From the NCBI GenBank assembly GCA_951406725.2, contig OX597815.1, forward strand, positions 203,546,001-203,610,000: 64,000 nucleotides of DNA, written 5' to 3'. Below the pieces are notes generated by a model. It saw only the letters and a list, made by a program, of their open reading frames with translations. It searched no databases and was not told the origin of the DNA. This document shows positions 45,075-58,432 of this stretch, one piece after another. The position numbers and the translations under genes are program-made. Numbering within the stretch: position 1 is the stretch's first letter; each line of letters opens with the position of its first letter. The DNA comes from Octopus vulgaris (Eukaryota).

Positions 45075-45753
45075 ATGACTGTCTCTGCTAAAATGGCTTT
45101 CAGGAGGGAAGTGGAAGTTCTGTTCAGTTAATCAACAACAATAACAACAACAGGCACCTATTTACAGACTGCCATCGCTGGTTGCTCGGCTCGCTAAAAA
45201 TGCTAGCCAAATCTACCCCACAGTCTTAGAAAACGAGATGTGTATATAATCTTGGGTTCACTGTGTCTACGAATAAGATGGCATGGTCTCATCTAAAATA
45301 TCTTTGATAACAATAATGGTTTCAAATTTTAGCACAAGGCCAGCAATTTTAAGAGAGGGACCAAGTCGATTACATCGACCTCACTGCTTAATTGATACTT
45401 ATTTTATCGAACTCGAGCGGATGAAACGTAAAGTCGACCTCTGCAGCATTTGGATTAAGAATGTAAAGCCGGAAGAAATGCCTCCAAATATTTTGTCCGG
45501 CATGTTAACAACTCTGCCAGCTCGCCTCCATATTAAATTTTGTCAACAAATTTAATATCTTTTTCTTCCAATATAACCCAAATACAAAATATTCAGAACT
45601 ACATTATTCATTTATCTACTTTCTTACAAATATAGCAAGTTATTCTGAGTGTTCGGGTGGTCGAGGTCACATAGAAGTTATCTTGCAAGCCAGTGAAGCT
45701 CGTTCGTTGGTTGAGCAGTCCACACGTAAGCCTTTAATATGCACTGAGCGGCA
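42944..45753. repeat. ~160-bp direct repeat pair (42944-43102 / 45587-45753)
   Basis: Near-identical copies; the second has an 8-bp insertion and is flanked by cccaaatacaaaa on both sides. Confidence 0.92.
45317..45527 (-). mobile_element. SINE family A (decayed)
   Basis: Reverse-complement core and head ctgccagctcgcc. Confidence 0.75.
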
Positions 45754-46207
45754 TAACTTTCCCAAATACAAAACAAAACAAAATCTAATAAAAATTAAGA
45801 CAAGAAATAAACTACCATGACTATCAAAATTCCCTTTTGCCGCCTAGAATGTGACATTAATATATATGAAACTAAATGCCCCCATGCGCCCCACTTTGTT
45901 GCATCATACCTCTCTTCTCAGCATTAACCATCTATTTTACTTAATGTTTGTTTCTGTCATCTCCCTCCCCCTCTCTTTGTCTTTGCCTCTATCTTTGTGT
46001 TTGTTTACTTTAGTAATATGTACATGTGCACGAACATTTGGACTTAGACAATAGGCAATATTATAAATGTACGTTCCTTACCAACTCATTCAAAAAAGTA
46101 TTCCTATTCTGATAATCCCCCATTTCTTCTTCGCATACCTTTTTTGTTTTGAATTTCTAATTTATCTGGCTAGTATTCTGTGTGTATGTTTTTATTATGC
46201 CCGCCAT

Positions 46208-46240
<33 letters not shown>

Positions 46241-46313
46241 TTCGAAACTTCTTGTTTTACTTCTTTTCTTTTTGGTTTAGCACAGTTTAGTAGGTCGGCA
46301 AATCACGTTGGCA

Positions 46314-46395
<82 letters not shown>

Positions 46396-46918
46396 CACAC
46401 AAACACACACTCACACGCATACACGCACACACACAAACGCTCTCTTTTGCGCATTCTGTGAGTGTGTTTCCTTTTAGGAATTGTTTGAATAATAATAATA
46501 ACGGGACAAGTTTACCAAACATATAGCTAAGTATCTAGGAATGTTTGAGTACGTTAAAAAGCGATAGATTTATATTTATAGAGAACGTGGAGTAATAGTC
46601 TTCTGGGAGACGGTGATGAAAAAACCTGCTATTATCTTTATACATAAAACAGAGATTGTGTGTGTATGTGTGCGTGTGTGTGTGTGATGCGTATGTTCCT
46701 TATGGATTCGAAAACTGAGTTGTCGAAACGCAGCCTTAGCTGTCCTTCGTCTCTTGAGCAAAAGCCAGAATATTCTAAGCACTTTAAATGAACAGTGAAA
46801 TTCTCAATTTCTTGAAATTATGTCCTTTTCACATTAAGAGCTGCAAGGTTTTTGTTTTCTTTCTCTACCCCTGGATAAATCTTAATGAATTTATAGATTA
46901 TTGTGAATTTATAGATTA

Positions 46919-47287
46919 TCGGTTACGACGACGAGGGTTCCGGTTGATCCGATCAACGAAACAGCCTGCTCGTGAAATTAACGTGTAAGTGGCTGAGCAC
47001 TCCACAGACACGTGTACCCTTAACGTAGTTCTCGGGGATATTCAGCGTGACACAGAGAGTGACAAGGCCGGCCCTTTGAAATACAGGTACAACAGAAACA
47101 GGAAGTAAGAGTGAGAGAAAGTTGTGGTGAAAGAGTACAGCAGGGATCACCACCATCCCTGCTGGAGCCTCGAGGAGCTTTAGGTGTTTTTGCTCAATAA
47201 ACACTCACTACGCCCGGTCTGGGAATCGAAACCGCGATCCTATGACCGCGAGTCCGCTGCCCTAACCACTGGGCCATTGCGCCTCCA
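46919..47287 (-). mobile_element. tRNA-derived SINE, family C
   Basis: A box tggcccagtgg and B box ggtttcgattcc; 3' half shared with 51836-52160. Confidence 0.88.
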
Positions 47288-48385
47288 CATAGTACGCATC
47301 CCCCTGTTAACTGAATTGTTCAATTTTCCACAATAAAATTTAAAATTCCCTTATTGAGTTCCTTAGTAGTATTATTAAGTAAATTTTACCCTCTCTGTGT
47401 ACATACATGCATGCATACACATACATACAAACATACATACATACATACATACATACATACATACATACATACATACATACATACATACATACATGCGTAC
47501 ATGCACACACAGATATAATATGTATGAATATAAGAAAACAAAGAGTAAAACAGCTCATTAGCTGAAACTGGAAAAAAAAATATATATATATATATCGTTG
47601 ATTCTTTTTCTGATTTTTTACTAATTTATTCAACTAACGCGCAACTAATTAATGTATATGAAAAGACTTTAAAATAATCTCTTTGTTGTTATTGTTTGTT
47701 ATTCTTTTAATACTGCACTTTCTAACAACACTTTCATTAAATCTCACAGTCGAGAAAGAAGAGAGGAGTCTTCTGCTGACTTGTGTAAGAAGTGTTATTA
47801 TCTTAATTGTTTTTTTTTTGTTGTTTACCCCTTAGTCGCTTTTGATTGCATGGTCCTAATATCAAAGACGTTCGAGACATTTTCAACCACTCTTTTTTGT
47901 TTTTTTTTTTCTTTTAAAGAATAGTACACCCTGAACTGCATTATGCAGTGTGTGATCCCTTTTAATCCTTTGCCTGTCCAAAACATTTTCATAAATTGTC
48001 CTAAACGTCCATACGTGTTTCCAAACTTTTACTTAGCCCTTGTTTCACACCTTCTGAATAATATAAAGCTTTCATTTCAAATGTCTCATGTGTCTCTGGT
48101 GATTACGAAATGGGTTTTGTATCATATATGATGCATGGACGCTAGGGAAATATGTCCTGGGTATTATATGTGCTGCACAAAAAAAGCAAAATGCTAAGAT
48201 AGTAGAAGGTGATTAAAGAGAGAAAAAAAAAACCCAAAGTGACCTGCAGAAGTTCCTTTGCAGACCTTAAATGTACTTGCGACGTCATTTTATTGAGTCT
48301 CAATATCTTGATCGTTGACTTCAGCATCTCACCTTACTGACTAAAATGTGAAACTATAAGTGAGTATGTCTTGGTAACATATACC

Positions 48386-48617
48386 TATTTCTTTATTACC
48401 CACAAGGGGCTAAACACAGAGAGGACAAACAAGGACAGACAAACGGATTAAGTCGATTATATCGAGCCCAGTGCGTAACTGGTACTTATTTAATCGACCC
48501 CGAAAGGATGAAAGGCAAAGTCGACCTCGGCGGAATTTGAACTCAGAACGTAGCGGCAGACGAAATACGGCTAAGCATTTCACTCGGCGTGCTAACGTTT
48601 CTGCCAGCTCGCCGCCT
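48386..48617 (-). mobile_element. SINE family A, tail variant 2 (young)
   Basis: Highly similar to 38848-39075 in the opposite orientation. Confidence 0.9.
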
Positions 48618-49226
48618 TCCATGCGTTTTTGCTTATTGTTTCGGGTGACTCTGTAGGAGTGCGAAGACATCATACCCGCTTTGCTCTCCTACCATTAAAC
48701 CCAGTGGAACATACAGGATGTGACAGATGGAGGGAGACAGAGATGCGCTTGTATTCGGTTGGTTCTTACATTCAGCTATCTTGACTGAAACAGCCTGAAA
48801 TGATGTGTTTATACGACTCGCTACTCAGTTTAGGAATCGATGATCTGTATGGTCATGAACTCAATACCCAAAAGTACTAAGTGATATGCCGTGTATTAAA
48901 AATATTAACATGATTAAAGTGCATGATGCTCATTACATGTATTAGACTTAATACTTATTCCACTACCGTCACTAATACTATTTCCAGTAACACCCAAACG
49001 AAGGCAAACATCGATTTTCCGAAACCATTCGTTCCAAAGCCTTTCCGGATTACTGATTTTTCTGAACCAGAAGTGGTTAACATACTCTAAATTAAGCAAA
49101 TATCATATTTACTTAAACGATAAAATGAAATACAGATTCTTGTACATTAGTTTGCTACAACGACACACACACACAAACATACACAAGCACACACACACAC
49201 ATACACAAATAGACACGAACGCAAGT

Positions 49227-49276
<50 letters not shown>

Positions 49277-49604
49277 CAGGCGTGTGTATATGTGTGTATT
49301 TGTATGTGGGTGGATGTTTCTGTGCATGCGTCAGATTTTTTGTTTGTTTCTTTTCCTTCTCTTTTCTTTCCCTTCTCTCTGTTGTTTTCCCCCATTTGTA
49401 TTAATAGTAATATAATCATGTAATTATATATTATTAGTATTTCATGATAACTCATACCTTGTTATTTTCTGATAACATACTTTATCCTATGATTACATAC
49501 TTGGGTCATTTTGCGAACGTCTCCCCTCCACTCCTTCCCCCTCCTATCACTTTTCCTCCTCCTCTTTCTTTCTATCCAATTGATGTTTATTGTTGTTTTA
49601 CTTC

Positions 49605-49607
<3 letters not shown>

Positions 49608-49685
<78 letters not shown>

Positions 49686-49695
49686 CATTATTATT
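49608..49695. repeat. (TTA)n microsatellite
   Basis: Direct reading. Confidence 0.98.
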
Positions 49696-50750
49696 TCTTT
49701 GCACTTGATTTTTGTGCTAATTAAGTTCTGTTAATATGTCCTGATCTTAAGCTACATCAACCATTTGTTGCCGAACATAAGATTGACACATAGATACAAC
49801 ACATACAGACACATTTGCAAAGATAAGTAAATAAATAAAGGGAGAGAGAGGGGTTGGGATTTAAAGTAGAGAGAGAGAGGGAGAAAGAGGGAGAGAGTGA
49901 GAAAGTGTAAAAGATAATCTCATATATATATATATAGATACACACATATTGATACATATACAATTTATTTATAGTTTTTGATTGCACTCAAATACGCCCA
50001 AAATATATTAAGCGATCACTCAGCGACGATCTATAAGCTTCTCAAGGACGCATAACTTAACGGAATTGGCTGCCAAATATCCCTTAAATTACGGCCTGGC
50101 GTCGCATACCGTCCTAAACTAGCCATTCATAATACCATTTCTAGTCAACTAGAAAATCTGTATTTCGTCACTTAATCTACACATAACAAAGAAATTTGGA
50201 GGTGTGATCCTGTGTACAGTGTCTTAGAGAAATGATAGAATTATCAAGGTTTAGATATAGAGATGACTTGGGTTAAACAACAGTCAGCTGGTTAATATGT
50301 GAGGATTTTGTTAATGAGACAATTATTGTATAAAATAGGATTGGAAGTAGGTATGGTCTGTACAGGAGTGAGCGAGTGCACACGCGTATATGAATAGTTT
50401 AACCCTGTCACATGCTGCCTGTGGTTTTACTGCCAGATTTTGAGGTACATCTATGGTCTGTCTATAACTTCATCTCCTTCACTAAGCCAGACATGGAGGC
50501 ACTGAAAAGTGTCACAGGCAGTATAAACCTTTAAAATTATAACTTAAATCCCTATATCTGAAGAAATATATTTAAAGCTACGTTGGATAATTATGCTAAA
50601 AAATATGGCTTGGACATTTTTGGTAATTAATTTGCTCAAATATATAGTGTAAATTATATTAAAGGATCGAGCAGAACTATGGTAAAAAAATGACTCAGTC
50701 ATAACTATCTCATCTTTGTTTTAACCATTGTCTATCAAGGACTACATTAC

Positions 50751-51129
50751 TCTCTTTTACTTGTTTCAGTCATCTGACTGCGGCCATGCTGGAGCACCGC
50801 CTTTAATCGAGCAACTCGACCCCGGGACTTATTCTTTTGTAAGCCCAGTACTTATTCTATCGGTCTCTTTTGCCGAACCGCTAAGTAACGGAGACATAAA
50901 CACACCAGCATCGGTTGTCAAGCAATGCTAGGGGGACAAACACACACACGCATATATACATATATACGACGGGCTTCTTTCAGTTTCCGTCTACCAAATC
51001 CACTCACAAGGCTTTGGTCGGCCCGAGGCTATAGTAGAAGACACTTGCCCAAGGTGCCACGCAGTGGGACTGAACCCGGGACCATGTGGCTGGTAAACAA
51101 GCTACTTACCACACAGCCACTCCTGCGCC
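50751..51129 (-). mobile_element. SINE family B, full length (young)
   Basis: Complete copy from ggcgcaggagtggctgtgtgg to gactgaaacaagtaaaagag. Confidence 0.9.
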
Positions 51130-51835
51130 TATCTAACTTCTTTTTTAAAAAAGATAGGTTGCAATTTTAAAGAAATGTTGCTACTAGCCGTAGCAAAATT
51201 GTAGAAGCTTCTTTGCGTGGTCGACACATAATTATATTGGAGAAAAGTGCAGTAGACAAGTGACTTCTGTTTCTAAATTTTCATATAAAACAACTAATAC
51301 AAGATAACATGATTATATAATCTTTATTAGCCTGAACTATCGAAAACGTGTTGGAGGAATTTTGTACCAAAAGAAACAAGTGTTTGGAAAACATCCATTC
51401 CAGATTTTTATCAAGAGAGTAAATATTGTTTTATGTATTTGGAATAAAATAAAATTATTTTAGAACGTATTCAAGGTTATTTCCGATTATAAACCATACC
51501 TCCCACCAACACGTTCGCACATCCACATACAGACATTCGTATATATTCTCAAACAAGAATACAGGTCATAAATGCGCCTATGCCTATCTTACATGAGAAT
51601 TGTTTTTCACTGAAGACAACGAAATGTTCATTTTATTAAATCTTGTTTTATCAATATGACATAAAGCTTCACAGATATGTAAATGCATATGTTTATACAT
51701 CTTGTATGTATGTATGTATGTATGTATGTATGTATGTATGTATGTATGTATGTATGTATGTATGTATGTATGTATGTATGTGCGTATGTATGCATATATC
51801 TTCGTACGTATATTCATATATTATATATATATGTG

Positions 51836-52160
51836 TGAAGGCACATGGCTTAGTGATTAGGGCATTCGGCCCACGATCGTAAGGTCGTGAATTCAATTCC
51901 CGTTGATGCGTTGTATCCTTGAGCAATACACTTTATTTCACGTTGCTCCAGTCCACTCAGCTGACAAAAGTGAGTAGTACTTGTATTTCAGAATGGGCCA
52001 ACTTTGTCACATTCTGTATCTCGCTGAATCTCCCCGAGAACTACATTACGGGTACGTGTGTCTGTGGAGTGCTCAGCCACTTGCACGTTAATTTCACTTG
52101 CAAGCTGTTCCGTTGATCGGATCAACTGGAACCCTCGTCGACGTAACCGACGGAGTGCCA
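51836..52160 (+). mobile_element. SINE, family C-related
   Basis: tRNA-like head tggcttagtga..gaattcaattcc; tail ccccgagaactac..gaaccctcgtcg.cgtaaccga as in 46919-47287. Confidence 0.85.
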
Positions 52161-52257
52161 GTATATATACATGTACATATGCATATAAGTACTCGCATGT
52201 ATACATATATATGCATACATATATACATATATTTATGTTTGTACATGTTTATACGGT

Positions 52258-52503
52258 GGAGGCGCGTGGCTTAGTGGTCAGTGTGTTGGACTTATGATTG
52301 TAAGATTGTGAATTCGATTCCTGGACCGGGTGACGCGTAGTGTTCTTAAGCAAAACACTTCATTTCACGTTGCGTCAGTCCACTCAGCTGACAAAAATGA
52401 GTAATCCCGTGACAGACCGGCGTCCCATCCAGGTGGGGAATATATATGCCATTGAAACCGGGAAACCGGGAAACCGGCCTTCATGAGCCTGAAATGGCTC
52501 GAA
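52258..52503 (+). mobile_element. SINE with C-like head and a different 3' tail
   Basis: Head and tttcacgttgc..cagtccactcagctg shared with 51836; tail cgtcccatccagg..gaaaccgggaaaccgg differs. Confidence 0.8.
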
Positions 52504-52512
52504 GAGGAAACA

Positions 52513-52568
<56 letters not shown>

Positions 52569-53513
52569 ATATATATGTGTGTGTATGTATGTATATGAAA
52601 TATACTTAATATATATGTAAGTACACATATCACGACCATAGATATACGAGTGTGTGTGTAAGAAGCGAATACAAACAGTCCAAACATCTAGTTTACAAAT
52701 GTAATTTTGAATTGAAATTTCATAGAGTGTAATTAGTATTTGTTTTTTTCTGATTTTGAAGCAAATCGTTTTAATTTTCGGGGAAAATTTAAAGCCCAAA
52801 CTATTGAATCAGTACAAAATCATTTCATTTATGAAATTATTTGCCTGAAAATTGTTCATATACGAGCGGCTTAAAATAATAAACGCACACGCGTACATAC
52901 ACAAGCTCACGATATGCTTTTTATTGAAACTCACTTTTTATCTTCAACTCTAGTTTTATACCACTGCGATTTTAGGACGAGAACGATCTGGCTTGGAGAT
53001 TGTAGTAGCGAGAAACTCGAATCACGGAAGAAAAATTCAGCTTAAATTATATACTCCTCTAGCATTCGTTTGACACAGTTCAATGTTCATATGTGTTTGG
53101 GTTTGTTTGTATACATACATACATACATATATAATATACATGCACGTATACAAATATAAATAAACATACATAGTTATATACATAAGTAGTCTTACTATCA
53201 CCAACTCTCATTTATTACCATTTAAGTTAATATTTCTCCATGAGTTGACAAGTTTCTATGGAAAAATGGAAACGAATCACATCACTTGTGGGACAATGGC
53301 ACGAATTTAGAACTATTGCGAAATAGTCGTAAGTATGGTTGGCCAGTCGCTTTACAAAAGACACTCACCTACGCCGTTGGACTGAACCCAAATCCATATG
53401 TTTTTGAAGGGAACTTACAGCCACGCCTGCATCACAAGCACACACATACATACATACATACATACATAATACATACATACATACATACATACATACATAC
53501 ATACATACATACA

Positions 53514-53545
<32 letters not shown>

Positions 53546-54276
53546 ATTTATACAAACATACATGCATACACACACAGATATAAATCTATAAGCCCATATG
53601 TGAACTCACTCACATGTTCTCATATATAGTTTTATCCTTTGTCGCTATTTCATTGCTATTCCTCCCATTAGAACAATTTTGCTGTCTGCATCGTGATATC
53701 TGACTCTCAATGAAATCTGAACCAGCCCCACTTGTCTGTGTTTACTCGAAGTATTGTTGGTTTATCCACAATCTTGTACAAAATCTGGTGCAATATAGTA
53801 CAAAAGTCTCTACAACAATTCCATCGAGGTATCGTATGTAATTTGGGACTAAATTGCACAATGGGGCGTTCCTGAACATATACAACTAACTATTGAAATA
53901 TTTTGTTCATATCAGATTTGTATCACAGTTTATTGTTTAACTTTTAATTCCTTCATTCGTTCGCTAATTTCTGTCATTAGACTGAAGTTATGATGGATAT
54001 ATCAACGATATATCAACTTTAGAGTTGTTTTATCCGATTAGATCGACCCCAGTATGTTATTTTACCGATCTTTGTAAAGAAAGAATGAAAGGTAAGATTG
54101 AAGTTGGTATAAAGGAGAGTAATAGATTTGGAACCAAATGCCACAACATCATTTTGTTCCATGCAACATTTCTGCTATGTATGTATGTATGTATGTATGT
54201 ATGTATGTATGTATGTATGTATGTATGTATGTATGTGTGCATGTGTATGTATGTGTGTGTGCATGTCTATGTATGT

Positions 54277-55150
54277 ATGTATACGTGCAGATTTGTATGT
54301 TTCGTTTTATGTGTGTCTTCTCATGCATATACTTGCATATCTCGACATGCTCATATATACTTAAATGATAAACTTCTCGAAATATGTATGTATATGTGCA
54401 GATTTGTATGTTTTGATGTCTTCCCATGCATATACTTGCATATCTGGACGTGCTCATATATACAGAAATGATAAACTTCTGGAAAGTTTTACATACTTTT
54501 CCAGTTCCAGTGACGGCTTGGATCTGTAGTCTTCGAATTAGCTTTCTCTTTTCTGGTTTTGAGGAGCTTAATTTCTTAAGATTGGTATTTAGGCAGTGTG
54601 TTACATATCCCAATGCCTCAATAATTACAGATATAAACCTGAACTTGTAATCTGGGTAGCGTAACTGCAGATTTCTCAATAGCTTAGTGTAGGTATTCTC
54701 TTTCTCACTGATCTTCAGCTTTATGTTAACATCCGCTGGGGCAGCTGATTTCCACAACTGTACACAGTTTCTCTTCTCAATCCCGAATCATTATATCAGG
54801 TCTATTGTGTTTACATTTTATTGAGTTTTTCAATGGGACATTCCATCAGTACTCCTTTTTATTATGAGTGTCTATGGCAACACCATACTGTGGATTCTTA
54901 TTTTTTTGTCTTCGGGGATATCCATTCGACGGATCTCGTTATGCAGTGTGCTAGCTACAATATCATGTCTCATCGGTATATAATACCATGATGACATTTT
55001 CAAACAACTGCTTATGATGTGAGTGGTATCTTCGGTGTTAACTTCACAAAGTCTGCATCGGTTGTCACATTTTACTGCTTTTCCTGCATCTCTGTCCCTT
55101 TTGTGCATCAGGTATTTGATTGACATTTCCTGTTCCTGGATTGCAAAAGC
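54277..55150 (-). mobile_element. R4-like LINE 3' portion (CCHC, RHD, PD-(D/E)xK) plus a second short 3'-end copy, ending in (TACA)n
   Basis: CRLCEVNTEDTTHIISSC..MRHD, NRPDI..VEISCPAD..EKENTY..IIEALG; the last ~105 nt are present twice. Confidence 0.85.
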
Positions 55151-57194
55151 TTATCTTTCAAAGTAGGAGGTAGTAATCGGGTTTGTCCACGATAAGCTGC
55201 TTTGATGATCAATGTTACTATCATCTCGGAGCTTTCTACTAACATATCCATGTATAGAGAGTGTTGAAGCCGGTCACTAACAAAGCGACAAGACATTTTG
55301 AGTCAAAAGAATTCCCGGTGTTTGTAAATGTGTGGTTGAGTTAGTGTATTGGTTGAATTGTCAATACATACAGTCAAGTTTGTGCATCTGTTCCTATAAG
55401 AATCTCAGATGGAGAATTTTTGGAATGTCTTACAAATCTTCACTGATCCACAAATAAATTGGATTTGAAGAATCCGTATCAGTTTCTTTAGCTCTTTCTT
55501 CGCAAAACCGAGTATTTCTAAGTTTTTTTTTTATGCAAGTTTGTTGGTATATAGCCCAATGCACCTATCATGACAGTTACAAATGAGAATTCCTAGTCAG
55601 GACACAAGAGTTGTAAGTTCCGCATTAATCCGTCATGAGTTTAAGGGCTCTTCACATACGTATCCTTAGTATAACTTCAAGTAGAATCAGTCTGTCAGAG
55701 TGAATGACAAAGTGAGACATTTGAATTCTATGTACAATCCATCCAAAAGGCTTCCAAACAGTTTCTGCCTATATCATATACAAAAGTTGCATCGATCCGA
55801 GGCTAAAGTAAATGCCAGTTACTCAAAATGACATGCTGTGATATCTCAGCTTATGCACACATGCATACATACGTAATAACAATGTAAATAAGTAGCACAC
55901 CCACACACATCTATAGATATAAGATATATAATAACTTACGTGGAGATCGAACGCGTTTGCTTCCAACTCGATTTTGTTGATACCAGTTTCTCCTAAAGGG
56001 ACTTCTCTGTTTTTTGTAAATCTATAAATAAATAGATAAATAAAATAACAACGTGGTATGTCATTCTTTCATTTCTTTTCCAACCTATTCGTTAATAAGT
56101 TTCGTAGTAGTTTATATAAAATACAAAGAGTAAAAGAACAATAACATTCCCCACGACGCATAAGTGATGGAAAGTGATGTTTATACCACAAGTTTTGTCT
56201 CTAAATAAGAAAAAAATGGTATCGTTCCAACTAGTTTTCAGTCTTCTTATAGCTTTATCAGAGAAGGTACACCCATCCGTACCCGGTAAACAAGGACACA
56301 AACTCGGCTCAGAACAGTTAGACATTAAACAGCATACTGTAAGAAATCGAAATTCAGCTTTTATAATAATTTTAATTCATATCTTTGAGCTGAGGCAGAA
56401 ACATACTACTTATAGCATATTGATAGATAATATATTATTTCTATGATATTTAGTGTTAAAGAGATAATGTATGATAATGAAAGACTGTACTTATCTGTGA
56501 TCTTGTGCAAGGTTTGCGAATTACTGGCAAGGTATTTATACTTGACGAAATAACCAAGTATCATAAGTTCATGATTTTTGTATCAAGATATATAACCAAA
56601 TGCCACAAAATATATTGTACGACGTGGTATCAATTCTACCAAGTACTATATTGTTGCATGATTTTATAGAAATATCAGTTTATATCTCTCAAATTTTACT
56701 CTCTAAAGAAGAGCAGGAGATATAAAACAATGTAGTCCCAGATATGCAATGCCCATAAGAAAAATGGGATGGAGCCTTGTGTATAAGCCAGTTCAATCAA
56801 ATTTAACCCAGAGATGAAGAGCAACAATTGCAGAATTAAAATCCATGTTCAGTATAGAATTGGCACATACTAAATATGGCATGATGAAATCTCAGCTTTT
56901 TTGTCCAAATAACAAAGGTATATGGTGATATTCACATAAGACTTTTATGAGTAAGTTTGGTTTCCTGCAGAGAGAACGCACGTACAGTAATCATGAACCT
57001 ACAGATTACTGCAGGATGATGACAGGCTACTATCATCCCTCATCTTTGGTTTTCACTCATTCTTTTTATCACTGAGTTCTTTTATCAGGTGCTATATGTA
57101 AGATGTTGAACTCATGGTGATTTCGTGGCAAAAAGAGACTGACATACATTCAGATATATATGCAAAAACACATCAAATATTAAAAACGTGACTT

Positions 57195-57240
<46 letters not shown>

Positions 57241-57310
57241 TGTGTGTGGACGTATGTATGTATATATGTATATATGTACGAGCACATCAAGATGTATGTG
57301 TTCAGAGACG

Positions 57311-57369
<59 letters not shown>

Positions 57370-57628
57370 GCTGGTGCGAAACAGGGTTTCAAACATGCGT
57401 TCTAAGATTTTTGGGAAGAAATGTAATATTGTGAATATAAGAAAATAATCACAAATATTAGTAAATTTCATCCGAATTGACAGTATAGGGAACGAAACGA
57501 TGGAATGAAACATGGAATCAGTCATGATATATTTTGAATACCGAAAAGTTTTATTCAGGATATATATAAGCACACGCAAACACACTCACATATGCATGGC
57601 ATACATAAATATATGTTTATAAGTGTGC

Positions 57629-57690
<62 letters not shown>

Positions 57691-57737
57691 ACATATACAT
57701 GCATATACACACATATATACATACATACATACATACA

Positions 57738-57817
<80 letters not shown>

Positions 57818-58218
57818 AACAGGTGCGATCCAGAGATGCTCAATATAGAAAACACTTTGTAGTGCTCAAATAATTTGAACACGCAAACACACTCCGAAGC
57901 ATGTACATACATAAATATATGTTTATAAGTGTGCATGTATATACATATAATACAGGTGAGTATATATGTATGGAGATAAGGCTGCTTTCCACCATCTTGA
58001 TAAAATGGCTTCAAATAGACATCTAAGCTGATGATCACTTACAGCGCCAGCTAACTCTCAGTAAACGCTGAGAGAACCTCAGGATTGGTATACGTATCAT
58101 ATATATATATATATATATTAATCTCATTGGGTCTATCACAAGTTGTTATAACATTGTAAAATAATGACTGATTTGAACAGTAATAGCCAATCAAATTTAT
58201 TGTTTATTCGGATAGTAA

Positions 58219-58432
58219 GGCGGCGAGCCGGCAAAATCATTAGCAAGTAGGTCAAAATGCATAGCGGTAATTCGTCCGCCGTTACGCTCTGTCTTCTAAT
58301 TCCACCGTGATCACCTTTGCCTTTCAACCTTACGGAGTCGATAAAATAAGTACTAGTTGAGCCCTGAAGTCGATGTAATTGACTAGACCCCCACCAAATT
58401 ATTTCAGGCTTTGTCCCTATAGAAAGGATTGT
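58219..58432 (+). mobile_element. SINE family A
   Basis: Head, core and tail variant 1 are recognisable. Confidence 0.8.

Noticed and set aside
46919-47287. tRNA-like sequence at SINE heads (also 51836, 52258, 24705)
   Set aside because: A/B boxes are present but there is no complete cloverleaf, and each continues into a repeated SINE body; not tRNA genes.
48955-49011. Signal-peptide-like MFAFVWVLLEIVLVTVVE on the minus strand
   Set aside because: Ends in a stop and has no phase-1 donor to join exon 37260; cannot be linked to the gene.
56216-56270. Plus-strand signal-like MVSFQLVFSLLIALSEK
   Set aside because: Weak donor and no downstream plus-strand exons found.
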